Positions 21,801 to 29,737 of a DNA stretch of 60,984 nucleotides are shown here, in pieces. Positions within the stretch are counted from its first letter, which is position 1, and every line of letters begins with the position of its first letter. The DNA is from a virus (lineage: Duplodnaviria; Caudoviricetes), in IMG/VR virus record IMGVR_UViG_3300009161_000006, positions 1-60,984 of that record. One strand, written 5' to 3'. The translations under genes were made by a program, and so were the position numbers. Under the pieces are notes generated by a model. It was not told the DNA's origin. It made no database searches and saw nothing but the letters and a program-made list of their open reading frames with translations.

Positions 21801-22771
21801 TATTCTTTGGTAGAAACTTTGGTAACGCCGTTAGGGCATTTGAAAATGTAGGTATAGAGGAATTAAATAAATTATATGGCGAAGATATTGGTCTTAGAAA
21901 TGGAGAATATGACCCATTTAAAGACGCAGTACAATATAACCAATTCTCAAAGGCTGATGAAATACCTGATGTTCTTGCCCTTATGGCAGGTCCATTAGGC
22001 CCTGTAATTAATGCAGGTACACTTGGTATGAAACTAGCATTTAAAGAAGCTCCAACGGAAGATAGAGCAATTGAAACAAGGAGAAAGGAGTGGTATAGAT
22101 TAGGATTAGAAGCGGCAGGGTCTGTTGGACTTGTGCCTTTTTATAGAGATGTACGAAAAGTAACAATGGATTGGGTGTATGATGAATTAAAAACAGAACT
22201 AAAAGAAGATGCTGAGAAAAAAGAAATAACAGAAGCAGAAGATGCATCTACTTTAGAAACAAAAACAAATACACTAAATAGAATGAGGGGTACCTATAAA
22301 GATGAAACAAGTAGAAGCATAATAGATTATGAATTAAAAAAATTAAACGACCCTGAATTTAGGAAAGAAGAGAATAAGAAGGAAGACGATGAGAAAACAA
22401 GATTGGCAAAGAAATATGGATACGAATCAATGACTGAATTTGAGTATGATGACAAGGAAAAGTATGACAAAGTATTTGGTGATGACTCTCCTTATGGAAA
22501 GAGAATGGCTCCAATAGCAAAAATACGACGAGAACTAAATGCTAGAATAAAAGCTGATAAATTTGGAAAGCCTTATAATCCAACAGAGAGTTCTGCAACG
22601 CCACTAACGCCTAAAGAAGAATATGATAAAAGAGTAAAAGAATCATTGGGTAAAAAAGAATATAATAAAAAAGTAAAAGAATCATCTGAATATGAAGGAG
22701 GTGAATATGGAGGCAGCGGTTACGGAGGAAGTGGTTACGGGGGCAGCGGTTACGGAGGTAGCGGTTATTAA
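12839..22771 (+). CDS. Giant (3310 aa) internal virion / DNA ejection protein
   Basis: Last gene of the + strand virion module; coiled coils, Ala/Gly hydrophobic segments, Pro/Glu/Ala linkers; no convincing RNA polymerase motif. Confidence 0.65.
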   Translation: MNDQAINDAYQMFSQGGYSGSIDNFKQLIASNPNALNDSYEIFKSGGYSDDIESFKTLMGVSNSFSNPFIKKKSPGGVSISADGSSEYLTKNQIDRITQIGADPLIFELAAKQAAEDKEKAKQLQATGFRKEMKDAEAIELSGKEQPLSKIYDEYDDFFNTKNQQATGVKAFIEGQDRPYGRNDYSKSVSFDPGLGIAVNDTRYRVKDGFWERLVQGDSKYEKITNASSISALNKRYDRDLSTDVAPIEVKPSVIDPFLSVNSDFLSKTEEDAQTALENKFGGMGFEFEQTGFGTDYIKVTPKNGAAAMTFSFDEKSGDEAVRLQSFLRNNASFENENALLPTILQSFIADNRDLSKKPYSSNEYKLLFEELTYLQKKEEISRRQKEASGFAFSDYGIAGWAVGLVYDTEETREKLAENAKIMQDDLYNSEEWKLFNTEKSKFEQQQEDRYSLLLDDYEIKKRNGDYAGAREAKLAIESGFSRDVIGDNVTNLSNSQYDLMSAKNNLVAKETKLREQASKGLITQEQFDIGAEAILVESKKLAISAESVVSNQKKMNALAGVYATEKAKYGSFGSNLVNAFVVDAAEIIDKFNYIRRGGVDVNNMIGEGIIGAQSRIITPQQKEYYKNKGYNEEQIKNIRINQEDLAARKDFKKSIIQSFGSDLTTEESKSQLGFVENALVGVAASLPSMLTRAIPVVGQVAAFASMANMSYNAIEEEMLSDPDFETTTKGERALVAVPYAAVMGYLENLGISKMTKGQSALLGKYILGNMAKALPKKLGREVIENIVNKEVKSLVGKGVLKVVGGTLAEGETGAMQTLVADIGIKKAYNSIRAAYTGEDLTELTGGEAFGTPQSFSEGALAVGEGALAEAIGGFAMSTVMVGAQGLATGKISLYNQDDLKFFEDFSSDEEFKKLIVTKLKTEMLEGRMSKRQAQAALNDIDLVAGVFNSIDENLPQQAKLEAFNLINEKRRLLIEIEGKDPALSKKRNDRIAEINTRLEELPSLVQEDNLADRASDIEYALGRGRGTSKTVRIDGKRVSREEAETELQTIITKIEENAIQKQTASEVLVQPTTTIGEEVVQGEPTTELEVITEEGQKRKEELELALSQERNDKGTITVGDEIQIRRAAELELEQLNKLAPLTQEVVQGEPQTELEVITKEGEAQAQRFKDKEYLTAEETLNFSINNAKENIENRILRFQKSEDPSSEDWIKSEKEELNQLNENPLAYFESKLQQEITRKTPIPERIGYFEMIINEFKAVENAQAAPTQELAPVTQELVSEEATPQAENLTIREEMSLAAEKAQGKKGKAPRAARVRKAPVVTAPALEVEAAPIVVEPTQEAVVAPVVTAPVTEAKEGAPTKFSWDKIKEYTSEVIRSMRQLQFSKLNPLLELKKPSAAQIIEIKALQAKIKSADAVLNARENKIKEDEKKAEKGEPTDKSPRVSGVDQNGKPAEFVVVVNEKKQTVKVQLKKRGDSELARQKIESDLKIQTDDKGRKFVETQNKSRVYIDEKVTPPKAVELTAFGVPVSTKQEYSKENPKIIENENDAIEIEKINKDLYTEKISNLDIIKEGGKWVVRTQTEGREEFTGKTLKEAKDYLANRNLETRVVGFKEAKAPVTEVKAEAPKVEAVVETKAEPIVEPKAEPVKKPTAKAEPVVLNFNVKSTTRNGMEIIITDDNSLRMGDEGQELSKLRRYGKTKHYINDGILGVIIEGFSMDGREGGRTIVNVKVPNGFNETIFEELVKGINYPAMTTVAETERVLAEIKDAIQKSIIAPATATQATTETTKKSTVTTEDRMGAINSIKEEIEAINKEIKEAKEKARKAVNEIEAKILDTKNENKKEELQFDIEEIETQLEEDLDGLKDDLDRQIGMLKEEVESLKDLDLEKPENKKTLLSYIDGAIAALNSLNKLTYAKLDAGVTLGTLKLILKGIRQIVIKTNDFNVAVRAMATKYKSKHKNENITIDEFIEEINDYLDSTYVDPQSYEESLDKDIDKFTTEIKNAIRQAQSQSKTLREKAAAKIKDMLKGKFKSISAVHMRSIMTRLVSVNVENQTQYDKFLEYVEKVIEITNYDAKVREANVKRKKAKDNTIGNNPKLGDLSLDLLGSLSRMLNINPKLISKEVFDSYYNIVDDLSKRTTILSPGERADLNEKVNEIFDSIEQNEEMLPNLKDAYDNYADKVVKNGVVNYAKTLTKMLEDGVINNNEFTLMKKYKSKIVDAKVKVKMTEQEIADEKAELINEITNTAITLDSIVGDEFRLERELAKRLAKLLTKKSLENLDNKELKDLIKILDNINNGFVSKSTQQMVEKLNSKENAPLLEKSIPKSVRGIFKRISQRIRDTTTRDKYGVNVTPLFNIDEQFGDFKNKNIFNSVFNQSAVSQQQYQSEVSEIQGKLVKAESAIASSFDRNGNKIVLSKFKMMVYMMQLEHDSNPNSQKGDKRQVHQAMETLDATIKFAETNKKKSRYTKEDIDQMKAIKEEFGKETEEFEEDGKTKKKIIDIDKLYNSFNKAEKNALKVFDEVNSLMTKKSTYTATVINGNKITPLKNYIYYNTISDPSTSAEQATNLINNINNNMKPGTESKNLQERTGNVSPVNLDPFFAVNSSAKSVLINYHMTEPIRTARKTLLNARKILENNKKEKIDVGEQFDILSVIEEAYETATRDLLERNFAQSSATLEYLTKAGYRAMLGSVTRSTAELVSNAAFVSINNPKDMAAGFKYRGIAHSGRGKNILTNLKSKVTSRNYPQGGLSSNYVDLSSFTDRTTKNGKTRSKIVNGVTQVYDYTAGAWVNLVETVADNLISRPDQIVMKQLYFGTFSREFKKETGIEPDFDKIEANDEEYMDKYKDALEKATDKADSQTVTAGSSMNAYMGSLQNIVRKDDNTPKKIFKTFNQFMNRFTIQEYITARKGVNALIGRGGMTEAEGIQVLAAVSARMTLYLTLGKVFSEALMYLGGVAFGYGDDDEDEDEKTLLQTLYQSAVSSATTLFFGRNFGNAVRAFENVGIEELNKLYGEDIGLRNGEYDPFKDAVQYNQFSKADEIPDVLALMAGPLGPVINAGTLGMKLAFKEAPTEDRAIETRRKEWYRLGLEAAGSVGLVPFYRDVRKVTMDWVYDELKTELKEDAEKKEITEAEDASTLETKTNTLNRMRGTYKDETSRSIIDYELKKLNDPEFRKEENKKEDDEKTRLAKKYGYESMTEFEYDDKEKYDKVFGDDSPYGKRMAPIAKIRRELNARIKADKFGKPYNPTESSATPLTPKEEYDKRVKESLGKKEYNKKVKESSEYEGGEYGGSGYGGSGYGGSGYGGSGY
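16011..16148 (+). CDS. Nested +1-frame small basic protein MPFKSKQQVKYLYSQQPQLAKKWSKENPQQNLKSLPKKVKKEKKS
   Basis: 45-codon ORF with A-rich leader; resembles the small phage MPFKS..Q..YL....P..AKKW family (recalled, not searched). Confidence 0.55.
   Translation: MPFKSKQQVKYLYSQQPQLAKKWSKENPQQNLKSLPKKVKKEKKS
16071..16324 (+). repeat. 56-bp direct repeat (16071-16126 and 16269-16324), 53/56 identical
   Basis: AAGAAGTGGTCCAAGGAGAACCC..AACAGAACTTGAAGTCATTACC.AAGAAGGT twice. Confidence 0.9.
22706..22768 (+). repeat. 15-bp tandem coding repeat encoding (YGGSG)x4 at the giant protein C-terminus
   Basis: TAYGGNGGNAGYGGT units. Confidence 0.9.
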
Positions 22772-22798
22772 AAAAAAAACAAACAAATATAATTAAGA

Positions 22799-23218
22799 TT
22801 AAAATCTAATATATTTAAAATCTTTTTGTTTGTCATAGTAAGCCATCAGCTCCATATCATTGGTTGATTTTGCCCTAGCTTGTCTGCCACTAAATTTAAC
22901 CTGTCCAATTAAGTTGTTTATTTGTGCATATATAATGCCATCTTCACACGCCCATATTACCACGGGGTTTAATCTTTTGTCAGATAGCTTAACAAGTTTT
23001 CTTAAAGCAATGGGGAGTGGGTAAGCATTGGCTATTGTTTTGATACGACCCTTAACCTCAACATAAGCTATTAAATTTTTATCTTTATCAAAGACCTTAT
23101 AGTCTATATCAAATTGGCCTAGCTTTTCATATGAACCATTAAATATACTGACAAATTTTTCTATAGCGAATTTTTCTCTTTTTAAGTCTTCTTCTACTTC
23201 AAAAATCGTCATATTCAA
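22799..23218 (-). CDS. PD-(D/E)XK family nuclease
   Basis: ID...YVEVKGR motif. Confidence 0.6.
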   Translation of the reverse strand: MNMTIFEVEEDLKREKFAIEKFVSIFNGSYEKLGQFDIDYKVFDKDKNLIAYVEVKGRIKTIANAYPLPIALRKLVKLSDKRLNPVVIWACEDGIIYAQINNLIGQVKFSGRQARAKSTNDMELMAYYDKQKDFKYIRF

Positions 23219-23393
23219 TTGATTTAAAAATTAATCTTAATTCTGTCATTAACACTTTTATTTCTTTTTTCGCTTCTTCATATTCTTTATCGCATATGGT
23301 CTCATATAAAACAGTCAATGAATCATATTGGATACCAATAAGGTATGCAATCCTGTCTGCTCGCTCTACTTCCTGTCTTCTTTTTTCATCCAT
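23199..23393 (-). CDS. Hypothetical protein
   Basis: ORF within replication operon, start at MDEK. Confidence 0.5.
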   Translation of the reverse strand: MDEKRRQEVERADRIAYLIGIQYDSLTVLYETICDKEYEEAKKEIKVLMTELRLIFKSIEYDDF

Positions 23394-23418
23394 AATATAC
23401 AAAAAGAAACGAAGTTAA

Positions 23419-23676
23419 TTAATTATTTGATTTTTCATACCCTTTTACTATTTTAGTTTTTACTCCGTGAGTATCTAATTCTTTTATTCTATACTCTTGC
23501 AGTGTACTTACCACACCTTTTTCTTTTTTTACTTCTATAAAGAAAGCATCGCAATTTTTAGGTAATACAAGTAAATCAGGTATACCATTTTTGTTGGTCT
23601 TGATAAGTTTTATTACATAGTACCCTTGACTCTCAAGCTCTTTAATTATTTTAGATTGTATTTGTTGCTCAGTCAT
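23419..23676 (-). CDS. VRR-NUC domain nuclease
   Basis: EQQIQ...GIPDLL...FIEVK...LQ motif; adjacent to SNF2 helicase. Confidence 0.85.
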   Translation of the reverse strand: MTEQQIQSKIIKELESQGYYVIKLIKTNKNGIPDLLVLPKNCDAFFIEVKKEKGVVSTLQEYRIKELDTHGVKTKIVKGYEKSNN

Positions 23677-23885
23677 ATCTCTTCGTCATCTCTAACCATT
23701 TTTACATTCATTCCATAAAAAGCAAAAAACAAGTCAAAACTTCTAACAACAGTTCTTCTGTTTATGTTTTTATTATTACTGAAATACCAATTTCTAAAAA
23801 TTAAATATTCTTGATGTGTTAATTGTTCTCCTGAAGCTATTTCATTTTGCTTGTCAATAGCAAGTTTTGTAAATTCATCTGTCAT
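23673..23885 (-). CDS. Hypothetical protein
   Basis: ATGA-type overlaps with neighbours. Confidence 0.55.
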   Translation of the reverse strand: MTDEFTKLAIDKQNEIASGEQLTHQEYLIFRNWYFSNNKNINRRTVVRSFDLFFAFYGMNVKMVRDDEEI

Positions 23886-25342
23886 AACATCTCTTTTTTA
23901 AAATGGCTAATGGTATAATCTTTCTTCTTTATTACTGTTTTATATATATCTTTTTCAATTCCTCCATTTGTAAAAATCCAATACACATCATTATCTAATC
24001 TATCTTTAGTTGTCATTCTATCTTTGCTTTGCCAATAACTTGTTGCACTAAAGTCAATGTTATAGTACACCAAGCACTCTGCATTCCTTAATGATATACC
24101 TTCTCTACCTGACACTATCTGAAGCGCTATGTTTTTATTTGTCTCATCAAAAACACTTAGCTCTGTTGTCAAGTTATCCGCACCAAAAACTTGACTTAAT
24201 GCATTCAATTCTTCTTTAAATTTATAAAATATTCCGATCTTTTTACCATTAAATTTTTCTTTTATAAATTCTGCCTTTGATAAATCAATAATCATAGAGT
24301 TCCCACTTTCAAACTTTATCGTTCCTGAGTATAGTTGGTGAAGCTTCATCATTAACTTAACTGAAGTGTCTGCCAATATAACTTCATCCTTACCTTCAAC
24401 AACTAAGTCTTTCTTTAACTTATCTATTATTTTATAAGTAGATTGTTTTAAGTCAACATACATAACGTGTTCTGATGTCTGAACTTGAAACCCTGCCTCT
24501 AATTGAGTATAGTTAATGGTATATGGTTTCATTTTCTCAAGTATAGACGGCAATCCTTTTGAGTAGTCCCTAATAAAAAGTCCATTGATTTTTTTTTCGG
24601 TTATGGTTACATAGGAACTGCAAAACTTATAGAAACTAGCGAACTCACGGAATGGGTTAGTTGGTATACCATACACCTGATGGTACATCTGAGAATAACT
24701 CTCCGGCGTTGGTGTTCCCGAAAGTAAAATCACCATTGGGTTGTGTGCTTTAATTAACTTCTTCACTATCATAGCTCTTTGCGAAGGCTTTGGGAAAGCA
24801 CCCATACCATGGGCTTCATCTAAAATAATAAGGTCCCAAGGTATGTCAGGGTCTATCGTATGTAAGCTTTCATAGTTTATTACGCATAAAGAGAATGAAG
24901 GTTTCAATGTATCAAAGTCTGCTTCAATTGAACTGATAGCTTTCTTCTTAGTAACAAATAAAACATCTTGCGCTCTTACTTTATCGGCTATGCCAAAGCT
25001 TGTAAGTGTCTTACCTGTTCGCACTTCCATTGCTAGATATAAGAACCTATGTTCAAGTATAATGTCTTTACCCTTTGATATAATATCCTTTTGATAATCT
25101 CTAAACGTAAACTTATTTGATTCTAAATCTTTCATGGCTAAATCTTTATAGTAAATAATGCCGTCTGCTATACTCTTGATAATAGCATCACTCTTATTAT
25201 ATTTATGCACCTCAACATCAATGGCCGTTTTTCCTCTGCCCACCTTAGTAATTGTTTTTGCATCAACAATAGACTGCAATGTCTCACAGTACTCTAACAT
25301 ATATTGATTGCTACGGCCACTTATTCTCTCAATCATTGACAC
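23882..25342 (-). CDS. SNF2-like superfamily 2 helicase
   Basis: RDYQ, RTGKT, ILDEAH, LSGTP, EGISL, QSKDR motifs. Confidence 0.9.
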   Translation of the reverse strand: MSMIERISGRSNQYMLEYCETLQSIVDAKTITKVGRGKTAIDVEVHKYNKSDAIIKSIADGIIYYKDLAMKDLESNKFTFRDYQKDIISKGKDIILEHRFLYLAMEVRTGKTLTSFGIADKVRAQDVLFVTKKKAISSIEADFDTLKPSFSLCVINYESLHTIDPDIPWDLIILDEAHGMGAFPKPSQRAMIVKKLIKAHNPMVILLSGTPTPESYSQMYHQVYGIPTNPFREFASFYKFCSSYVTITEKKINGLFIRDYSKGLPSILEKMKPYTINYTQLEAGFQVQTSEHVMYVDLKQSTYKIIDKLKKDLVVEGKDEVILADTSVKLMMKLHQLYSGTIKFESGNSMIIDLSKAEFIKEKFNGKKIGIFYKFKEELNALSQVFGADNLTTELSVFDETNKNIALQIVSGREGISLRNAECLVYYNIDFSATSYWQSKDRMTTKDRLDNDVYWIFTNGGIEKDIYKTVIKKKDYTISHFKKEML

Positions 25343-27734
25343 TTGATTTTTTCCTTATTATAATCCATCTACCTCTTGCATCACGACCTTCTTCAGGAGC
25401 CACACCTTCCTTGAACAGTGCGTATGAAGATAACCATTTGTAAAATTTAGTCCTACTCATAGACATTCTTGAATGCGGTCCATAGTCAGGATATTCTCTA
25501 ACAAAGTTATCATACAAGTCATTTTTATATAATCTAATATCTGCATCTAAAACAATCTCTCTATCTTGGTCATCAATCAATCCACACCATTCTATAAACT
25601 CGTGACTTGTTTCTGCTGATAGCTGTCTTATTTTTAAGTTTACGAATTTTGATTTAACCAATCCTGTTACTAAAAAGTTTTGTAGGTTGTTCAGCATATA
25701 GTTATCAAACTCACACCAATCATCATCGTTCCAATCTCCAAACATTAATTTACCAAACTCATCCAATGGCGTATATGTTTTGGTATAGTGCTGATGCAAC
25801 TCCAACTCCCACTTCCTTCTTGCAAATGAATTACCTGCTCCTTTGATAGCATAGTTTGTAGTTATAGCAATCTTTGGTGACTTACTGAATGGTATCTTTA
25901 TCGCATCTTTATTCTTCTTCTCTAAGGTCATACCCTCTGTTACAACACTGAACAATCTCTCAAAGTCAAAGTGTTTCTTGACATCATCGAAGCATAGTAT
26001 CTGAGTGTCTGCTGACACCAACTGATAAGCAAATGAGCGTTCAAAAGCAAAGGACTTACCATCTATAACTACAAGTTTCTTCATGCAATTTAGTGAGTTC
26101 ATAAACAATCCCTTTCCTGTACCTCCTTCAGGGTTGTCACTAATCACCTCATCATTTAATATGATAGCCGGGCAGAATGATAAGTTCTTGTATCCGTGTA
26201 ATAAGAATCCGATCGTGCTCTCCATTGTACTTATTCTATTCTCATCTTGATTACATATGTTTCTAATAAATACTTTATAATCAAAATTATCACTTACCGA
26301 ACATCTATTAAAGTTCCTATTTATTATGTGGTCCTTCCAAACGTATCCACCCAAATCTAAATAGTCAATGGTTGTTATCTCAGTACCTGTGATTTTAACA
26401 GCGCAGTTCTTATAGTACAGGTAAGCTGATGTCTTTGTGTCCTCTATGAAATAGATGTCTATCGTAGATAGTAGAGATAGAAACTCTTCCTTAAAAAACC
26501 TAGTGTTATCGGCAAAGTAATTATATATCCCAATGTCATCTAACTCTAATAGTTGCGTAAGTATAAAGTCCTTTATTTCTTTCTCAGATGTATGGTCAAT
26601 TAAATTATTAGTAACCTTTACAAACACATAACTCTTCCCTCCTTCCGGACAGTATTTATAAAACCCTGAGTCTTCTAAAAACTTCTTGAATAGTATGTGT
26701 ATCATTTTAATAACACCCTTGTCATTTTTAGACCAAAATACTTGCTGTGAATTTTCTTCTTCTACTTTATTTAATACTGAGTCAATCAAGTCAACATCAA
26801 AACTTGAGGCTTGTAGCTGACTCTTTATTTCTTTTCTTGATACTCCTCTTCTTAACTTTTCTTTTATTTGACTAATCCTCTCATCATCCTCATAGTACTT
26901 TGTTCCAAAGCTTGATGTGTTTCTATAAGCAGAGTCTATTGTCATTGATATTTCTGAGACAGTAAAGTCATCCGTTGCATATTGGTTTAGAATATAAGAT
27001 GCAAGACTCTTGTTCACTCCAAATTCATTAAATGCCATAGCAAGTATAAACGTATTGTGATTACGCTGCCCATCTATCATTGGATACTTCTTGCTCCACC
27101 ACTTAACTAATATCTCCACAATCTTATTCTCATCTGTAATTGGTATAGTTGCAATGTCTCTATGCTTAATTACTTCATTGTATTCTATCTCTTCTATCTT
27201 GTCCCATATCGAAGAGTTCTCGTTAACGTGAATTAAGGGGTCATAGGACTCATAACAGACACGACTGATGTTCTTGCTTGTATTATCAAAGTAAGGCGAG
27301 TTAAAGTGCTTCTCAAGCGAATTAAAGTAGTTTGTATGGTTGTCTATTTCTTTTGGTATCTTAACTAATACTTTCAATCCATTTCCTGATGGAGATATAA
27401 ATACTGAGAAAACATATTTACTCTTTGTAAGCATCTCTTTATCCTGCAATAAATCTTTTTGTTTTGGGTATCCATCAAAATCCAAGCAGATAAGACCACT
27501 ATGTTCAATGATTGATGTATCCGCTCGTTTGTTGAATGTACCACTGAAACAAATTGACGGAAGCAACTTTTTCATTTCATTACGCTCACTCTTATCTTTT
27601 TCTAATCGTATCTTCTTAACTAACTCCTTAGTAGCTCCAACCTTTATTCTTTCTAATATCTGATGAACCTCACGATAGAAAGGTGTGTTGGTATCTTTTA
27701 TACTTTTAAATATGGTAATGCTGTATGTGTTCAT
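25329..27734 (-). CDS. Primase-helicase (BT4734/VirE N-terminal, primase C-terminal, P-loop helicase)
   Basis: LICLDFD, FISPSGNGLK, RVCYESYDP, GQRN, Walker A GGTGKG, CFDD. Confidence 0.85.
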   Translation of the reverse strand: MNTYSITIFKSIKDTNTPFYREVHQILERIKVGATKELVKKIRLEKDKSERNEMKKLLPSICFSGTFNKRADTSIIEHSGLICLDFDGYPKQKDLLQDKEMLTKSKYVFSVFISPSGNGLKVLVKIPKEIDNHTNYFNSLEKHFNSPYFDNTSKNISRVCYESYDPLIHVNENSSIWDKIEEIEYNEVIKHRDIATIPITDENKIVEILVKWWSKKYPMIDGQRNHNTFILAMAFNEFGVNKSLASYILNQYATDDFTVSEISMTIDSAYRNTSSFGTKYYEDDERISQIKEKLRRGVSRKEIKSQLQASSFDVDLIDSVLNKVEEENSQQVFWSKNDKGVIKMIHILFKKFLEDSGFYKYCPEGGKSYVFVKVTNNLIDHTSEKEIKDFILTQLLELDDIGIYNYFADNTRFFKEEFLSLLSTIDIYFIEDTKTSAYLYYKNCAVKITGTEITTIDYLDLGGYVWKDHIINRNFNRCSVSDNFDYKVFIRNICNQDENRISTMESTIGFLLHGYKNLSFCPAIILNDEVISDNPEGGTGKGLFMNSLNCMKKLVVIDGKSFAFERSFAYQLVSADTQILCFDDVKKHFDFERLFSVVTEGMTLEKKNKDAIKIPFSKSPKIAITTNYAIKGAGNSFARRKWELELHQHYTKTYTPLDEFGKLMFGDWNDDDWCEFDNYMLNNLQNFLVTGLVKSKFVNLKIRQLSAETSHEFIEWCGLIDDQDREIVLDADIRLYKNDLYDNFVREYPDYGPHSRMSMSRTKFYKWLSSYALFKEGVAPEEGRDARGRWIIIRKKSSVND

Positions 27735-27738
27735 GTTT

Positions 27739-27870
27739 ATGTCGTTTTTATGTCGGATTCGATATCATCAAATCCTTTATTAATAAGGGTTGTGTCTTTA
27801 ATGTCGATTTTATTTCTTAATTGTAATGAAAAAAAAATAATATAATAGATATATATATATATAGTAATAT
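27739..27870. promoter_or_regulatory. Origin-like region A: ATGTCG(A/T/G) repeats plus (TA)n tract
   Basis: ATGTCG at 27739, 27750, 27801 and AT dinucleotide run at ~27849-27863, directly upstream of primase-helicase. Confidence 0.5.
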
Positions 27871-27882
27871 GTAGAGTAAAAA

Positions 27883-27907
27883 AAGGGGAAATAGACATCT
27901 CCCCCTT
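27883..27907 (-). terminator. Terminator after SSB-like gene
   Basis: AAGGGGA...TCCCCCTT stem with an A run on + (U run on -). Confidence 0.6.
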
Positions 27908-27933
27908 AATTAATCGATAATTAGAATCTCTAC

Positions 27934-28227
27934 CTAAAATGGCAGGTCATCGTTAGCGCTTGATATAGCGTCTTTCTTTTTAGGTGCTTCTGCTTTTGGT
28001 GTATCAGAATCTTGCTTCTTTGGTTCGTATACGTCTAACTCCATATAGGGGTTACCACTACGTCCATACTTTGCGTTGAGGTTTACCCAACCACCTTTCT
28101 CATGCTTACGCATGAATGTTATAGCATCATCAACCTTGATTGATACTCTTCCGATAACGAAATCGGGCGCATTCTCTTGTCTTTTGAACGAGAAGCCTTC
28201 TGCAAAGATTTTTTCGTCTTGTGCCAT
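27934..28227 (-). CDS. Single-stranded DNA-binding protein
   Basis: Small OB-like core, acidic C-terminus DDLPF, adjacent to recombination genes. Confidence 0.7.
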   Translation of the reverse strand: MAQDEKIFAEGFSFKRQENAPDFVIGRVSIKVDDAITFMRKHEKGGWVNLNAKYGRSGNPYMELDVYEPKKQDSDTPKAEAPKKKDAISSANDDLPF

Positions 28228-28335
28228 TTTACTTTGTTTTAAATTTACCCCAATCTAGTTTAATCATCCTGAATACCTTTGGGGCTAAATAAACAGGTTG
28301 ATACGTTGAGCATTGTACACTACTCATACGGTTTC

Positions 28336-29076
28336 TTAAAATAGTTCCTCTTGAACAAAATAATTGTCAATGTTCTCAGTTGAGTCACTACTAAAGTATT
28401 TCTTATATACCTCGATTGCTTTGCCTACCTTCTGCTCGCCACCAAGTATAAAGTTCTCTGTTGGTGTATAGATTCCCAATTGCTTTGTAAGCTTATCTAT
28501 AACATAGAACACTAATGGCTTACCAAATAACGTCTGATATATATAACACTGAGAGTCATAGTTGTATGATTTTGCTGACCACTTGAATTTATTTATATCA
28601 CTTGTGGTCTTTAAATCTATGATGCAGTCATCTGTTATTATATCTGCCTTACCCTTCCACATCATACCTTGTATCTCTCCAATCGCCGGCACTTCATATT
28701 GGTTCCCATCTTTGTATATCTGCTCGAAAAAAGAAAAGTTTCCTGTCATAACCTTTACCAAGTCTTCTATCTCCTCCTTCTCTTTCTTAAGTAAACAAAA
28801 ATCAAGGTTATTTGTTTTTACAAACTCCTTATACTCTTTGGTAAGCCTAGTACCTGTATCAATATATTTAAAGTCAACCGCCTTATCAGGCTCAAGAATT
28901 AACTGATGGAAGTACCTTCCTGCAGCAAAACTCTTGTTGTCTCCTCTATAGGACCCGTATAACTTTGGATTAGATAGAAGAACACCTATGTCAGAGTTAG
29001 ACATGTATTGCTTACCAATACCTCCATAATACTCTTGGTCATTTCTTAAAAGCTCTATTACTTCTTCGTGCTTCAT
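28336..29076 (-). CDS. RecE/exonuclease VIII-like PD-(D/E)XK exonuclease (DUF3799-like)
   Basis: SNSDI, GRYFH..ILEP, KGKAD, IIDLKTT, YDSQ..IY motifs. Confidence 0.85.
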   Translation of the reverse strand: MKHEEVIELLRNDQEYYGGIGKQYMSNSDIGVLLSNPKLYGSYRGDNKSFAAGRYFHQLILEPDKAVDFKYIDTGTRLTKEYKEFVKTNNLDFCLLKKEKEEIEDLVKVMTGNFSFFEQIYKDGNQYEVPAIGEIQGMMWKGKADIITDDCIIDLKTTSDINKFKWSAKSYNYDSQCYIYQTLFGKPLVFYVIDKLTKQLGIYTPTENFILGGEQKVGKAIEVYKKYFSSDSTENIDNYFVQEELF

Positions 29077-29077
29077 A

Positions 29078-29725
29078 TTAGTCTTGCTTTATTAAATTAG
29101 ATATTTCTTTTTTCACATCTGCGCCGATGGTGTACTTGATAGTGAGTTGTTGCATTAGCTTATCTAATCCAATCTCTTTGTTTAGATATACATACTTCGC
29201 AACCTTCTCCCAATTTTCAGTACCTTTCTTAAGAGCCTCTAATACAACCTCTTTCTTAGCAGGTGCAACTACAGTGGCAGTCTCTGATTCAGGTAAGTCC
29301 TCACCGGCATAGATATAAATGCCCAAGCCAAACATAGCTAAGTTCTTAACTAAGCACCTCATTAATGTTTTGTTGATATCAAACATTGTAGCAGCATCAA
29401 CAGTCTTCTCTCCGTATCTTGTTTGATAAGCATATGACTGAGCTAACATTGATTTGTTTGCTCCATCCATAACAGGAAGCCACATTTCTAAAGATTCTCC
29501 TTCTATAGTTACCTCTGTCATTACCATGTATCCAAGTGCTTCATCATAGAAGTATGGCTTGTTAGTACTGATATCTGATATTACTCTATAAGAAGCATCA
29601 GGGAAGGACTTCTTTGCCTCACTCCAAGCCCAAGCCCAAGATAAATAGGTTAGGTTACTTTTCTTTTCTACTTTGTCGTTTACATTGATAGCCGACAATT
29701 TTTCAAACGTTGTGTTTGTTTTCAT
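29078..29725 (-). CDS. Sak-like single-strand annealing protein (DUF1071)
   Basis: LTYLSWAWAW, MWLPVMD, INKTLMRCLVK, GLG.YIYAGEDLP. Confidence 0.9.
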   Translation of the reverse strand: MKTNTTFEKLSAINVNDKVEKKSNLTYLSWAWAWSEAKKSFPDASYRVISDISTNKPYFYDEALGYMVMTEVTIEGESLEMWLPVMDGANKSMLAQSYAYQTRYGEKTVDAATMFDINKTLMRCLVKNLAMFGLGIYIYAGEDLPESETATVVAPAKKEVVLEALKKGTENWEKVAKYVYLNKEIGLDKLMQQLTIKYTIGADVKKEISNLIKQD

Positions 29726-29737
29726 TTTTATTTAGAT

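Noticed and set aside
12839-22771. Giant ORF as a crAss-like virion RNA polymerase
   Set aside because: No DxDxD catalytic motif in a plausible context was found, and promoters match host sigma consensus
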